From an uncultured Verrucomicrobiae bacterium (GTDB taxonomy: Bacteria > Verrucomicrobiota > Verrucomicrobiia > Opitutales > JABDGR01), in NCBI GenBank assembly GCA_963765205.1, contig CAVXVB010000009.1:480001-544000 (forward strand): DNA of 64,000 bases, written 5' to 3'. A program made the translations under genes and the position numbers. This document shows positions 32,408-43,299 of the stretch, piece by piece. The notes under the pieces are model-generated. The model was not told the origin of the DNA. It did not search any database and saw only the letters and a program-made list of their open reading frames with translations. Within the stretch, counting starts at the first letter, position 1; each line of letters opens with the position of its first letter.

Positions 32408-33835
32408 TCAATTCACGGAGTTTGGATTATAAGATGCGGCAAAATCCCCGAAACGCAGATGCGGACCGCCGGGGCGCTGCACAATCGTATCGAGGGCCGC
32501 ACGCGCGGCTTCGCAGAGGAAACGGAATTCCGGCTCTTCGCAGCAGGGCGGGGGCACGAAGAGCAGCGTGTCGCCGAGCGGGCGCAGAATCAGGCCGCGT
32601 TGGCGCGCGGCAAGACAGACTTGCAGTCCGACCCGCGCGGCGAAAGGATAAGGTTTCTTTTCCTGATTGACGATTTCCACTGCGGCGGTGAAACCGCGCT
32701 GGCGGGCGTCAATAAGGTGCGGATGCTCGGCAAAGTTATCCGCGAAAATTCCTCCAAAAATATCAATGCGCCGCGCGAGCGTGCCATTGGCGACGAGCGG
32801 TGCGAGCTTCGCGAGGCTGGTTAGCGCCACGGCGCAGGCGAGGGGATTGGCGGTAAAGGTGTGGCCGTGAAAAAATGTGCGGCCTTCCTCGTATGGCCCG
32901 CCAAAGGCGGCGTGGATTTCGTCCGAGCTTAAAGTTGCCGCGAGCGGCAAATAGCCGCCGGCGAGGCCTTTGCCAAGGCAGAGGAAGTCGGGCGTCACGC
33001 CTTCGCTTTGGCTGACGAGCAGCCGGCCCAGCCGGCCGAACGCGACAAACACTTCGTCCAAAATCAAATGCACCCCATGTTCGCGGCAGAGGGCGGCGAC
33101 ATCGGCGACGAAGCCGGGCGGCTGCTGCGCCATCCCCGCCGCGCCTTGCACGGAGGGTTCCAGAATCACCGCGGCGATTTGTTTCGCGCGCGCGCCCAGC
33201 AATTCGCGCAGGGCGCGCAGGCTGGGGCCGGCGTCGGCCGCGACAATTTTTCCCGCGAGTTCGCGGCACATCGACGCGGGCAGGTGGTGCGCGGGCAAGA
33301 ACCAGTCGGCAAAGCGGGCGTGAAAATCGCCGCCGCCCACGGCCATCGCGCCCAGCGTGTCGCCGTGGTAGCCGCCAGTGAAGCCGGCGATTTCGCGTTT
33401 TTCGGGCTGGCCGGTGAGCTGCCAGAATTGGCGGGAAAGTTTCAGCGCGACCTCGACCGCGCCCGAGCCGTTGTCGGTGAAAAAAACGCGTTCGAGGCCG
33501 GGGCCGGCGAGGCGCGCGAGCTGCGCGGCCAGTTCGCCCGCGGCGGGATGGCACAGGCCGAGCCAGGTCGCGTGCGCGACATTGTCCAACTGCGCGCGCA
33601 CGGCGGCGTCGAGGTCGGGGTCGCGGTGGCCGTGGACGTTCGTCCAGAGCGAGGAATGGCCGTCGAAGTAGCGCCGACCCTCAACATCAAACAGCCACGG
33701 CCCCTCGCCGCTTTGAATGTGCAGGGGCGGGTAAAGCGCGGCCTCGGCCGACTGGGTAAACGGATGCCACGCATGGCGGCGATCCCAGTCATCGAGCTGG
33801 GAACGCGCGGTCGGTGAAGTCGCGGCGGCGGGCAT
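32408..33835 (-). CDS. bioA: adenosylmethionine-8-amino-7-oxononanoate aminotransferase
   Basis: [54 protein letters not shown]. Confidence 0.95.
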   Translation of the reverse strand: MPAAATSPTARSQLDDWDRRHAWHPFTQSAEAALYPPLHIQSGEGPWLFDVEGRRYFDGHSSLWTNVHGHRDPDLDAAVRAQLDNVAHATWLGLCHPAAGELAAQLARLAGPGLERVFFTDNGSGAVEVALKLSRQFWQLTGQPEKREIAGFTGGYHGDTLGAMAVGGGDFHARFADWFLPAHHLPASMCRELAGKIVAADAGPSLRALRELLGARAKQIAAVILEPSVQGAAGMAQQPPGFVADVAALCREHGVHLILDEVFVAFGRLGRLLVSQSEGVTPDFLCLGKGLAGGYLPLAATLSSDEIHAAFGGPYEEGRTFFHGHTFTANPLACAVALTSLAKLAPLVANGTLARRIDIFGGIFADNFAEHPHLIDARQRGFTAAVEIVNQEKKPYPFAARVGLQVCLAARQRGLILRPLGDTLLFVPPPCCEEPEFRFLCEAARAALDTIVQRPGGPHLRFGDFAASYNPNSVN

Positions 33836-33867
33836 GGCACCCGGGATTAGAGCAGCAAACCGGCCCC

Positions 33868-33899
33868 TTGTTAATCAAAAAATGAAACTATGTTAACAG
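33868..33899. promoter_or_regulatory. putative BirA operator of the bio operon
   Basis: TTGTTAAT-N16-GTTAACAG, 33 bp upstream of the bioA start; one mismatch to the TGTtAAC-N14-16-GTTaACA consensus. Confidence 0.75.
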
Positions 33900-33953
33900 C
33901 TTTTATCTGATCGAAACGACCTTTTTTGGGTATAGAAAGGGCGGGGTTAAGCG

Positions 33954-35105
33954 TCATTTCTTTTCCACGGGTGTCAGCAAGAACGCGATCTGATTGCCTT
34001 TGACATCCAGTCCAGTGCCCACGATTTGGCCACGGTCGTTAATGCCCGTCGCCCCAAGGAGCACTTGAAAACCCGCCGCGGTGAGACTGGCCTCGCCAAC
34101 CAGTTGCCCCAAATCTTGCATGTGGTCACCGCTGTAGAGAAAGGATCGCTCCGCGTCCAATTTACTATTGTCGAGAGGATGGCTTCCGCACGTTCCAACA
34201 ATCTGTCCCTGGTCATTAATTGCGCTCGCCATGCTAGAGGGAGCATTGCCACCGAGGGTGCCGAGGTCCTGCAATTTGCCATCGCTGTAAAGAAAAGCGT
34301 GGTCGGACTCCCACTGGGTATAAAAGTGTCCCATTGACCCGACAATCCGCCCGGCTAAGTTTATGGCCGTTGCCCGGCTGGTTTCATTCTCGGAAGTATC
34401 AATGGCCATCATTTTCCCGGAATCGTAGAGAAAGGGAACCCAGCGGGACAATGGAACGGTTCCGGAGCCGCTGACGACCGAATACCCGACGATCTGCCGC
34501 GCATCGTTCAAGCCGTAGGCACAACTCGCATTGCCACTAAAGGTGCCCAAGTCTTGCATGCGGTTGTTGCTGTAAAGGAAAGCATGGCGTTGACCGCTGG
34601 CCGTTTGCGCTTCGCCGACAATGTCACCAGCCGCATTGATGGCATTGGCTTGACTCGTATTTCCGCCGAGCGTCCCGATCTCCCGCATCTGGCCTCCTCT
34701 GTAGATAAAGGCGCGGGGCCCGTCAGAGAGGCTTCGCGCCCAGCCAACGACCTGGCCGGCGGCATTGATCGCGGTGGCTACGCTATAGGTATATCCCGCA
34801 AGCGTGCCGAGGTCTTGCATCTTGTCGCCGCTATAAAGGAACGCGTGCAACTCGCCCGCCGCATTACGGGCCATACCGACGACTTGGCCCGAAGCGTTAA
34901 GAGCGTTGGCATTGCTGTAATTTCCGCCGAGAGTGCCAAGGTTTTTAATGGTGTAAACAACCGTGTCGGTTGATGGTGCGATTGCGGTAACTGGCGAAGT
35001 CGCAGAATTAGGCGAAACCGCCGCAGTCGTTGGTTCCGCAGAAATGGCCGCGAGTGGCGAAAGTATCGCGCCAACCAGAAAACCGGAAAGGGTGGAGGAT
35101 GACAT
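33954..35105 (-). CDS. secreted HAF-repeat protein
   Basis: Repeats of HAFLYS..MQDLGTLGG..S.A.AIN..GQVVG; N-terminal signal-like segment; lower GC. Confidence 0.9.
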   Translation of the reverse strand: MSSSTLSGFLVGAILSPLAAISAEPTTAAVSPNSATSPVTAIAPSTDTVVYTIKNLGTLGGNYSNANALNASGQVVGMARNAAGELHAFLYSGDKMQDLGTLAGYTYSVATAINAAGQVVGWARSLSDGPRAFIYRGGQMREIGTLGGNTSQANAINAAGDIVGEAQTASGQRHAFLYSNNRMQDLGTFSGNASCAYGLNDARQIVGYSVVSGSGTVPLSRWVPFLYDSGKMMAIDTSENETSRATAINLAGRIVGSMGHFYTQWESDHAFLYSDGKLQDLGTLGGNAPSSMASAINDQGQIVGTCGSHPLDNSKLDAERSFLYSGDHMQDLGQLVGEASLTAAGFQVLLGATGINDRGQIVGTGLDVKGNQIAFLLTPVEKK

Positions 35106-35188
35106 AAGACTTGGACGCGGTTGGCGGCTCTTTCTTGGCAAATACTTGAAATTGTCTTTAGGGGGCTGGCCATGGGTTGGGGGAACCC

Positions 35189-36019
35189 TTAATTCCACAC
35201 CGGCGAATAATTGGCGCCGTCCACCCAGCCGGGCTGACCGCTTTCGGGTTGGACTTTGAAATAACCGGCGTGTTCGTCCAGTGTTTTCGCCACTTCGCCG
35301 GGTTGGAGGGTGCTGATGGCGGCGCTGTTTTCCGTCGGCGAGAGTTTGACGAGGGTGTCGGCGCGCAGGACGACGCCGTCTCGCCCGTGGCTTTGCGCGC
35401 CGTAGAAGCCGGCGAGCGCCGCAAGGGCGATGGTGGCCGCAGTCGCGCAGAGCAGCCAAGGCGCCGCGCCGCGCCAGCGATACAGGCGCGGCAAGACGGC
35501 CAGATAGATGGCGGCCCAGCCCGTGATGGTGGCGAGCCAGCCCCACGCATTGACGCTTAACAAATTAGCGAAATTTTCGAGGCGCGTAGCGTCGGCGACG
35601 GGGATATTCGCGGTGCGGCGCGCGAGGGCGAGGTTCTGGCGCGCGTCGGGGTCGCGCGGGTCGAGCGCGAGCGCGCGCAAATAGTGCAGGATAGCCGCGC
35701 CGTTATCGCCGGCCTGGAAGCAGGCGTTGCCGAAATCGAATTCCAGCGGAGCGGAGACCTGCTTGGCCTCGGTTGCGGCAAACAGCGTGCGGGCCTGCGC
35801 GAAGTCGCCTTTTTCATACGCGGCCACACCGGCGGCGAAGGCTTGCGCCGGGTCGGTGGGGATGGGCGCGATGGAGGACGAGACGCTGGCGGCAGGCGCG
35901 GCCGGGGCGGGGGTCGTAAGGAGGGGGAGCACGCCGGATGAGGGCGCGGACGATTGCGCCCGCGCGGGCCACGCGGCGGCGAGAGCCGCAACGACGATGA
36001 TGGCGATAAATTTTTTCAT
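35189..36019 (-). CDS. batE: BatE-like TPR/SH3 protein
   Basis: Signal peptide, FDFGNACFQ..GAAILHYLRAL.LDP.D.DARQNL TPR, 2 TM, C-terminal SH3-like GWV. Confidence 0.8.
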   Translation of the reverse strand: MKKFIAIIVVAALAAAWPARAQSSAPSSGVLPLLTTPAPAAPAASVSSSIAPIPTDPAQAFAAGVAAYEKGDFAQARTLFAATEAKQVSAPLEFDFGNACFQAGDNGAAILHYLRALALDPRDPDARQNLALARRTANIPVADATRLENFANLLSVNAWGWLATITGWAAIYLAVLPRLYRWRGAAPWLLCATAATIALAALAGFYGAQSHGRDGVVLRADTLVKLSPTENSAAISTLQPGEVAKTLDEHAGYFKVQPESGQPGWVDGANYSPVWN

Positions 36020-37866
36020 GTGCGTTCCAGAAATTGTTTGACGAGGCCGTCGAGGCGCGTGGACGCGGCGGTCAAATCGGCCTGGTCGGGGGTGAAGCCG
36101 CCGAAGCGCAGCGCGTCGCCGGCGTCGAAAATTTCGCGCGCTTGCTGGCGGAATTGGGGCGGGGTGTTGTGTTGGGCGAGGTGGGCGTCGAATTCCTGCC
36201 AGGTGAGGGCCTCGGCGGCGTCGAGGCGGTCCGGCGTGGCGGCTTCCTGCAAAGCGCGTTGGGCGAGGGTATAGAATTCGGCGGCACGACCCTGGGCGGC
36301 GGCGGCGCGGGCGCTGGCGAGGGCGGCGTGCGCCTGCTGGCGGGCGCGGCGGCGGCGGGCGTAAACCGGGTCGTTTTCGAGGCGCAACTGGCGGCGGCGG
36401 GTGATGACGAGGGTGGCGAAAAGTCCGGCGGCCACGGCTTGCGCGGCCCAAAAATCCGGCGCGGTCAGAATGGGGCGCAGTTGCGGGCCTTGCCAGCCGC
36501 CCGAGTCAACATGCAGGCCGACGAGTTCCGGTTTGCCGGGTTCAGTCGGAGCGCTGGCGACGGCGGGCAGCGGAGCGGCAGCCTGGCCCGGCGGCGCGGG
36601 TTTGACTGTCACGGGGATGGGCGCGGTGGGCTGGTCAACGTAGGTATTGGTATCGGGATTAAAGTAGTTGAATTCGGCTGAGGGCAAGGCCGTGATATTG
36701 TCTGACATCGGCATCAGGACGTATTCGAAGGTTTTCTCACCTTGGTAGCCGATGGCGTCCTGCGCGGTGAAGGTTTCCTTCGGCGGGTAGCTGCGCCAGA
36801 GCGTGCCAAGGTCGAGCGTGGGCGCCTGGAAACGGTCGAAATTGCCCTGGCCGCTGACGGTGAGCTTGAAGGTCACCGGCACGCCGACCTGGAGGTCCGT
36901 GTTGTCGAGGCTGGGCGGCGTCACGGAAAAGTTGCCAATGCCGCCGGTGAAGTTCGCGGGGCGGCCGTCCTCCGGCAGGAGTTGCACATTCAGGTTCAGC
37001 GGTGTCGAGACGAGGTTGATGGACTGCGGTTGCCCGAACATGTTGGACATCGACCCCATCAAGGCGCGGATCGTTGGGTCGTCGATCTGGCCCGGGGTGG
37101 TGATCTGGAGCGGCAAGGTGAAACTCAGCGTTTGCGCGCCCGCTTTAATGGGGGTGAGGGAGGTATGCCAGGAGGCCGCGCCGTAACGCTGGCCGTTCAT
37201 GGCCACTTCATACTGGGAAGGTTTGCCGACGAGGTCCACGCGCTGGAAGGACTCGTTGTCCTGGGTGAATTCGCCGGAGATTTGGGGCTGCATTTCGGGC
37301 TGCCAAGTAAGGGTGATGTCAAGGGGCAGTTTTTCGCCCACATAGAGGTCGGTGCGCGGGGGTTTGGCGACGAGGCTGATCTTGTTGCCCGAAGCCGCGA
37401 CCGACGCGTTGCCGCCGGCGGGCGGGGCGACGGAAGCAGAGGCGGGCTGGTCGGTGACTTCGAGTGTGGCGGCGGGGATGGCGACGGTCTTACCATTGAC
37501 CGTGACGTTGTAAGCGGGGATGGTGTAATGGCCGGGCTTCGACGCGCGAATTGAAAATTGGAGCGAGACATCCGTGGACATTTCGCCGTTGACGATCCGG
37601 ATGCTATAGCTGCTGCCGCGGCCGACCAAATCCAGCCCATCTACCTTGGGCGGATCAAAGTTGGGGGCGGACGAAAAACCGGAAATGGCCACATTGTAAT
37701 GCGTGACATCCCCGGCGGCGATCTGCGCGGGATCGAAGCCGGCGGTCGCCGTCGCGTCGGTAGTCGCGGCAACGGCGCCGGCCAGCGCCACTGCGCCGAC
37801 CAGGGCAAAGGCGGCGAAGCTCGCCATGAGGCAAAAGCGAAAAAGGCGGAAAATGCGGGGAGTCAT
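36016..37866 (-). CDS. batD: BatD-family protein
   Basis: SYSIRIVNG, YVGE, LPEDGRPANFTGGIGNF, SGQGNF, FNYFNP motifs; operon position. Confidence 0.85.
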   Translation of the reverse strand: MTPRIFRLFRFCLMASFAAFALVGAVALAGAVAATTDATATAGFDPAQIAAGDVTHYNVAISGFSSAPNFDPPKVDGLDLVGRGSSYSIRIVNGEMSTDVSLQFSIRASKPGHYTIPAYNVTVNGKTVAIPAATLEVTDQPASASVAPPAGGNASVAASGNKISLVAKPPRTDLYVGEKLPLDITLTWQPEMQPQISGEFTQDNESFQRVDLVGKPSQYEVAMNGQRYGAASWHTSLTPIKAGAQTLSFTLPLQITTPGQIDDPTIRALMGSMSNMFGQPQSINLVSTPLNLNVQLLPEDGRPANFTGGIGNFSVTPPSLDNTDLQVGVPVTFKLTVSGQGNFDRFQAPTLDLGTLWRSYPPKETFTAQDAIGYQGEKTFEYVLMPMSDNITALPSAEFNYFNPDTNTYVDQPTAPIPVTVKPAPPGQAAAPLPAVASAPTEPGKPELVGLHVDSGGWQGPQLRPILTAPDFWAAQAVAAGLFATLVITRRRQLRLENDPVYARRRRARQQAHAALASARAAAAQGRAAEFYTLAQRALQEAATPDRLDAAEALTWQEFDAHLAQHNTPPQFRQQAREIFDAGDALRFGGFTPDQADLTAASTRLDGLVKQFLERT

Positions 37867-37873
37867 GGCGCGA

Positions 37874-40469
37874 TTACCAATCTTTGTGAAATTGATCGGG
37901 GTTGTTATTTTTGGCGGCGGTGCCCTGCGCGGGCGCGGCGGGCATCTTGCGTTCGTAAGTTTTAAGTGAGTCCAGCAATTGTTGGGCCTCGTCGCGAGTC
38001 ATTACCCCGGCAATCCGTGTGCCGCCGATGGTGGCATCCCCCTGTTGGCCGGAAGCGCCGGACGTGGCTGACCCGCCGGCGGCTTGCGCCTGGGTTTTAT
38101 TTTGACCCTGATTCTGCTGGCCGGGTTCCTTGCCGGAGGTGCCGCTGGGTGACCGGGCTTGGGCCTGGTTTTGTCCCTGGTTGCCGGACTTTTGATTGGT
38201 GGACTGGCCGGGGCTGGGCTGCGGCTGGTTTTGGTTGCCGGACTGGGGCTTGGGCTGGCCTGGCTGATTTTGGGGAGCTTGATTTTGGTCCCCGGTGCCA
38301 TTCTGGGGTTTGGGCTGTGCGCCGCCATTTTGCCCGTTGGGCTGGTTTTGGTTCTGGGGATTTTGCCCATTCTGCTGGTTTTGCGGGTTGGAAGGGTTGT
38401 TTTGGTTCTGCTGGCCGGACTGGTTTTGGTTCGGCTGATTTTGGTTCTGCGGGCTTTGATTCTGCGGGTTCTGGTTTTGTTGGCCGGAATAATTTTGCGA
38501 ATGCTCGTTGGGTTGGTTCTGGTTTTGGTTCTGCTGATTTCGGTGAATTCTGGTTTTGCGAGTTTTGATTTTGTTGGTTCTGTTGGTTTTGCGATGAGTT
38601 GTTCTGGTTCTGCGAGTTTTGATTTTGGTTACTGGGCTGGTTTTGCTGGTTCTGTTGCGGATTATTTTGGTTCTGATTTTGATTCTGTTGGTCTTGATTG
38701 TTCTGCTGGTTTTGCGGCTGATTCTGCTGGTTTTGTTGGTTCTGTTGATCCTGATTTTGGTTTTGCTGCTGTTGTTGCTGCTGCTGTTCTAGCTTTTTCT
38801 TCAATGCCTCCAGTTGCACCTTGGCGAAATTCAGGTTGTAGCGCGCGTCCGGGTCGGCGGAATTCAGGTCGAGTGCGTTTTGATAGTCCTTGATGGCTGA
38901 TTCCCAGGTGGTGACGGCCTTTTGCGGGTCGTCCTTCAATTGCGACTGCCCGATGCGGTAATCTGCGTTGCCGAGGTTATAATAAGCGCGCTGTTGGAGG
39001 GTGAGGTCGTTGCTGGACAGCGTTTTCGTGAAGGCGTCCGCCGCGTCCGCAAAGTCGCCATCACGATAGAGGCTTTCGCCCTGGTCGTAGCGGAAGCGGG
39101 CATCCTGCGGGGCGGCCACGGCGGCCTGGTTGTAGGCGTCGGCTGCGCCCGGGAAGTCGCCTTTTTGAAAGAGAGTTTCGGCGTCTTTGGCGGAATAGGG
39201 CGTCTTGGATGCAGTGGCGGCGGGCGCGGAAGCCGACGCGGCAGCGGCCGCGGGGGCCATGGTCGAATTATCCGTGATGGCCGGCGCATCCTCGGCCACG
39301 GCGCGGGGCGAGCAAATGACATTGGTCGCCAGCAACAATAATAGACCAGCCAGCGCCGAGGCCTTTGGAGGTGTCGGCAATTTGGCTTTGGGCCCGGATG
39401 CCGGAACCGTGGCGGCTGAAACGGGAATCGGTTCGGCGAGGTTGACGGTCGTCACCTTGCTGCGGCGCCAGCTTGGCCGGCGCGTGCCAATCAGCATTTC
39501 AAACGCGAGCAGGACGAATCCGGCCGCCAGCGGCCACTGGAACCGCTCAATCGGCAGCCGCCGCATCTGCGAAGTCAAATTTTGCTCGGGCATCTTTTTG
39601 ATGCCGTCTTCGTAAACTTTGGCGAGGCCTTCGCCGGTCGCGCCGAGCGGCGCATAGAAGCCGCCCGTCGCGCTGGCGATGGAAGTGAGCGTCGCGGCGT
39701 CGAGATGCGAGTGGACGATCTCGCCGCGCTCGTCGCGCACGAAATCGGCCTGGCCCGAGGCGTTTTTGATGGGGATGACATCGCCCGCCGCGGTGCCGAC
39801 GCCGACCGTGTAAATCGTCACGCCCTGCTTCGCCAGCTCCTGCGCTTCGCTGACGCCCTGGCCCTCGAGGTCTTCGCCATCGGTAACCAAAACAATAATT
39901 TTGTGATTGCCGGAATCTTCCAGCGCCTTGGCGGCGACGTTGAGACCGATGCCGATATCGGTGCCACCCTCGGCGATGGTGTTGGTGTCTATCGCATCGA
40001 GGGTCTGGCGGAAGGCGTCGTAATCAAGCGTGAGGGGGCATTGCAGGAAGGCGTCGCCGGCGAAGGCCACCAGGCCGACGCGGTTGCCGCCCATTTTTTC
40101 CACGCAGTCGTAGATGGCGAGTTTGGCGCGTTCGAGGCGGCTGGGCTGCACGTCCTGCGTCAACATGCTGCGTGAAGTGTCAATGACGAAGACCACGTCC
40201 ACGCCGTGGGTGCGCTGTTCCTGCCAGTCGTAGCCCCATTGGGGGCGGGCCATCGCCAGGACGACCAGCAGCGCGCCGGCGGCAATCAACGCGTGTTTGA
40301 TGCGGCGTAGGGCGGGGCTGTAGGAAACCAGCAGCAGTGGCAGGAGCCGGTTGGACGCAAACTGCCCAAGCAGGCGTTCCCGCGCGCGCTGGCTGCCCTT
40401 AAAGAGTACGACGAAGGCCGCCAGCACGAACGGCAGCGCAATCAGGGCGTATGGCCAACGAAAGGTCAT
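37874..40469 (-). CDS. BatB-BatC fusion (vWA + TPR + Gln/Asn-rich linker), frameshifted near 38540
   Basis: ARPQWG, DTSRSM, TDGED vWA; AYYNLGNA TPR; Q/N repeats continue in another frame to MTRDEAQQLLDSL...KDW-stop at 37874. Confidence 0.85.
38100..38790 (-). repeat. low-complexity coding repeats (Gln/Asn-rich; CAGAACCAAAAC-like units)
   Basis: Many imperfect TGGTTTTG/TTCTGCTGG units on the + strand. Confidence 0.85.
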
Positions 40470-40478
40470 GGATATGGT

Positions 40479-41531
40479 TTAGGGCAGGCGGCACAGGCGA
40501 GTGTTGGCGAGGAGCTGTTCGAGGCCGATCAGCCCCAGCCCCAACAGCGCGGGCCAGTAGAAAATCTCCTGGTAGGTGGAAACGTGGCGCAGGTGCGCGG
40601 CGGTTTTTTCCTGGCGGTCAATCTCGTCGTAAATTTTTTTGAGCTGATTCTGGTCGGTGGCACGGAAGAACTCGCCGCCGGTTTTGGCGGCGATTTTTTG
40701 CAGGTCGTCGCTGTCAATGCCGTCCACCCCTATCTTGCGGCCCATCATGTCGGTGGCGAAGAGGACATGGCCGTAGCGGTCGCGCTGCAACTGGCCGTTA
40801 TTGTCGAGGAGCGGCATGGCGGAATTTTCCGTGCCCACGCCGATGGTGTCAATTTTGACGTGATAGGCGCTGGCGGCCTCGGCGGCGTTCATGGGGCTGA
40901 TGGTGCCCGCGTTATTATCGCCGTCGGTGAGCAGGATGATGACTTTGCTCTTGGATTCAAGATCGCGCAGGCGGTTGATGGCCATGCCGAGGCCGGCGCC
41001 GATGGCCGTGCTGCTGCCGTCAATGACCGTCAAGTGCAGACGGTCCAAGTTTTGCAGCAGCCAGTCGTGGTCGAGGGTGATGGGGCTGACGAGGTAGGGG
41101 TCGGTGGCGAAGGCCACCATGCCGATGCGGTCGTCGGGCCGGCGCTTGATAAAGTCCTCCATCACTTGCTTGGCCGCGTCCACGCGGGTGACGACATTGC
41201 TTTGGTCCACCGTCATGTCCACCGAAGCCATGGAATAGGAGAGGTCGAGCACGAGCACGATGTCAATGCCGCTGGCGTCAATTTGCTCCGCGTGCGTCTC
41301 CGGCAATTGCGGACGCGCGAGTGCGACGCTGAACGCCGCCAGGGCCAGGGCACGGAGCGCAAAGAGGAACCAGCCCGCGCGCGAGCGCGCCGCCGCCCCC
41401 ATCTGCCGCGCGACGGCTACACTGGAAAACTGTACGGCCGCTGCCCGGCCCACCCGCCCGCGGAGCAGCAACAGAAGCGGCAGCGCGAGCAGCAGCCAGA
41501 GATATTCCGGGTTCTGGAAGGTGAGATTCAC
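40479..41531 (-). CDS. batA: BatA vWA-domain protein
   Basis: FQNPEYLWLL, ALARPQ, DLSYSM, DRIGMVAF, TAIG, LLTDGDNN. Confidence 0.9.
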   Translation of the reverse strand: MNLTFQNPEYLWLLLALPLLLLLRGRVGRAAAVQFSSVAVARQMGAAARSRAGWFLFALRALALAAFSVALARPQLPETHAEQIDASGIDIVLVLDLSYSMASVDMTVDQSNVVTRVDAAKQVMEDFIKRRPDDRIGMVAFATDPYLVSPITLDHDWLLQNLDRLHLTVIDGSSTAIGAGLGMAINRLRDLESKSKVIILLTDGDNNAGTISPMNAAEAASAYHVKIDTIGVGTENSAMPLLDNNGQLQRDRYGHVLFATDMMGRKIGVDGIDSDDLQKIAAKTGGEFFRATDQNQLKKIYDEIDRQEKTAAHLRHVSTYQEIFYWPALLGLGLIGLEQLLANTRLCRLP

Positions 41532-42343
41532 GGCGCGGACAATGTGGGTTCAGCGGGGGCTTTTGCGGGCGGGGTGGCGGGAGGAGCCGGGGAGGACGCG
41601 GCCGGCGCAGTGGGCGGTTGGCGGAGTTTTTCCGCAGTCTCGATAAATTCGCGGGCGGTGTTGAGCAACTGTTCGCGTTCCTCCGCGCCAAACTGTTGGC
41701 CGGCGAATTTCGCCAGATCGCAAAATTCGAGGAAGCGACGCAAAAGCGTGGTCAATTCGCCTTGCAACCACACATGGTGCATGGCGACCTGCAAAAACTC
41801 CTCGGTCGTGCGCTCGGGCGCAGGCATATGGTAGGCGCTTTCGAGGTAGCGCCGCACGGCGTCGGACACGGCGATGGCGAAGATCTTGTCTTGCCCGGTG
41901 TCCCGCAAGCCGCGAGCGAATTGGAGTTCTTGCAGGGCGCGTTGGTAGGGCGTCAGCGGCGGCGCGGGCTTTTTGCGCAAAAGCAGCCATAGAACCAAGG
42001 CGAGGAAAACGGCGCCGGTGATGCTATAGATAATTACCTCCATGCCATGCCGCTCCCAAAAAGTCAGGGGGGCGAGGCTGTGGATGTCATGTATGTCTGG
42101 CCCGGTGGACGAGTCGGCCGCGGGCGTTGGCGCGCTGTTGGAGTTCGCACCAGTTGAGGGAAAGAAAACGGGGCCATTGGCCGGCGCAGGGTTGGCTGCG
42201 TTAGGTGGATTGGTCGGGTTCCCCAGGGCTGATGTAATCTCTGCGGGCAGCCGCGCGGAACCCAGCCCCAGCGCCGCCAGGACGAGCAAGGCGCGGAATA
42301 AGGCAAAACGAGTAAGGAAAAAGAAAGACACGGGGAAAATCAA
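41528..42343 (-). CDS. membrane protein of the bat cluster (DUF4381-like)
   Basis: DIHDI, TM, PYQRALQEL, RRYLE, ERTTEEFL, DLAKFA. Confidence 0.75.
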   Translation of the reverse strand: MIFPVSFFFLTRFALFRALLVLAALGLGSARLPAEITSALGNPTNPPNAANPAPANGPVFFPSTGANSNSAPTPAADSSTGPDIHDIHSLAPLTFWERHGMEVIIYSITGAVFLALVLWLLLRKKPAPPLTPYQRALQELQFARGLRDTGQDKIFAIAVSDAVRRYLESAYHMPAPERTTEEFLQVAMHHVWLQGELTTLLRRFLEFCDLAKFAGQQFGAEEREQLLNTAREFIETAEKLRQPPTAPAASSPAPPATPPAKAPAEPTLSAP

Positions 42344-43269
42344 CGGCGGCGGGCGCGTTGCTGGAAGAAGCGGCGCAGCGGCAAAATATACGATTCGTTG
42401 GTGGAAAGGGGCAGCACGCCCGCGCCGGTTTGCAGCAGGCCGCGGCGGAACATCTCGAGGCGGTGGCGGCTTTCCTTGCCGTAGTTCTCGCGGGCAAGCG
42501 TGTTGTTGGTGTTGATTTCGATGACCTCGCCGGTCTCCGCGTCCTCAATGGTCAGCAGGCCGACGGCGGGCAGCTCCAACTCGCGCGGGTCGGTAAGCGT
42601 GACGCAGATCAGGTCGTGCCGCCGGTTCGTCAGGGCCAGCGCGCGAAACAGGTCGCGGCTGCGCGGCACGGCGGGGTTGGGGAGCCTGCCGTCCGGGCCT
42701 TGCAGAAAATCGCTGACGAGTACGACGATGGCGCGCCGGCGCAGCACGCGGTTCGTGTAATTGAGCGCGTCCACCAGGTTGGTGCCGCGGTTTTGCGGCG
42801 CGAAGCACAAGATGTCGCGCACCACCCGCAGGACGTGCTGGCGGCCTTTTTGCGGGTGGACGAAGTGTTCCATCCGGTCGGTGAAAATGCCCAGGCCGAT
42901 TTTGTCCTGGTTGCGCGTCGCGGAGTAGGCGAGGACGCTGGCGATTTCGGCGGCCAGTTCGCGTTTGCTGACGGCGGCCGACCCGAACGCGCCCGAGGCG
43001 CTGCCGTCCACCAACAGCATCAAAGTCAGCTCGCGCTCCTCGCGGAATTTTTTGACGAAGGGCCGGTCCATTTTGGCGGTGACATTCCAGTCAATGCGGC
43101 GCACGTCGTCGCCGGGCATGTATTCGCGCACCTCCTCGAAGTCCATGCCCTGTCCCTTAAAAACCGAGTGGTACGCTCCCACGAGCGAGTTTGTGACCAG
43201 CCGGCGCGTGCGGATCTCGATGTGGCGCACGCGGCGGAAAAGGGCCGTGGTGGGGGCGGGGGAAGACAT
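42340..43269 (-). CDS. DUF58 domain protein
   Basis: YHSVFKGQGMDFEEVREYMPGDDVRRIDWNVTA, EERELT. Confidence 0.93.
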   Translation of the reverse strand: MSSPAPTTALFRRVRHIEIRTRRLVTNSLVGAYHSVFKGQGMDFEEVREYMPGDDVRRIDWNVTAKMDRPFVKKFREERELTLMLLVDGSASGAFGSAAVSKRELAAEIASVLAYSATRNQDKIGLGIFTDRMEHFVHPQKGRQHVLRVVRDILCFAPQNRGTNLVDALNYTNRVLRRRAIVVLVSDFLQGPDGRLPNPAVPRSRDLFRALALTNRRHDLICVTLTDPRELELPAVGLLTIEDAETGEVIEINTNNTLARENYGKESRHRLEMFRRGLLQTGAGVLPLSTNESYILPLRRFFQQRARRR

Positions 43270-43299
43270 TGTTGGGCGGGCTGGCACAGGGATGTTTTT

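Noticed and set aside
38100..38790. Repeat tract considered as a CRISPR array
   Set aside because: No constant repeat with unique spacers; triplet-periodic coding low complexity; no cas genes in the window
38159..38893. Very hydrophobic 244-aa ORF that looks like a membrane protein
   Set aside because: It is the antisense reading of Gln/Asn codons in the BatB/C linker
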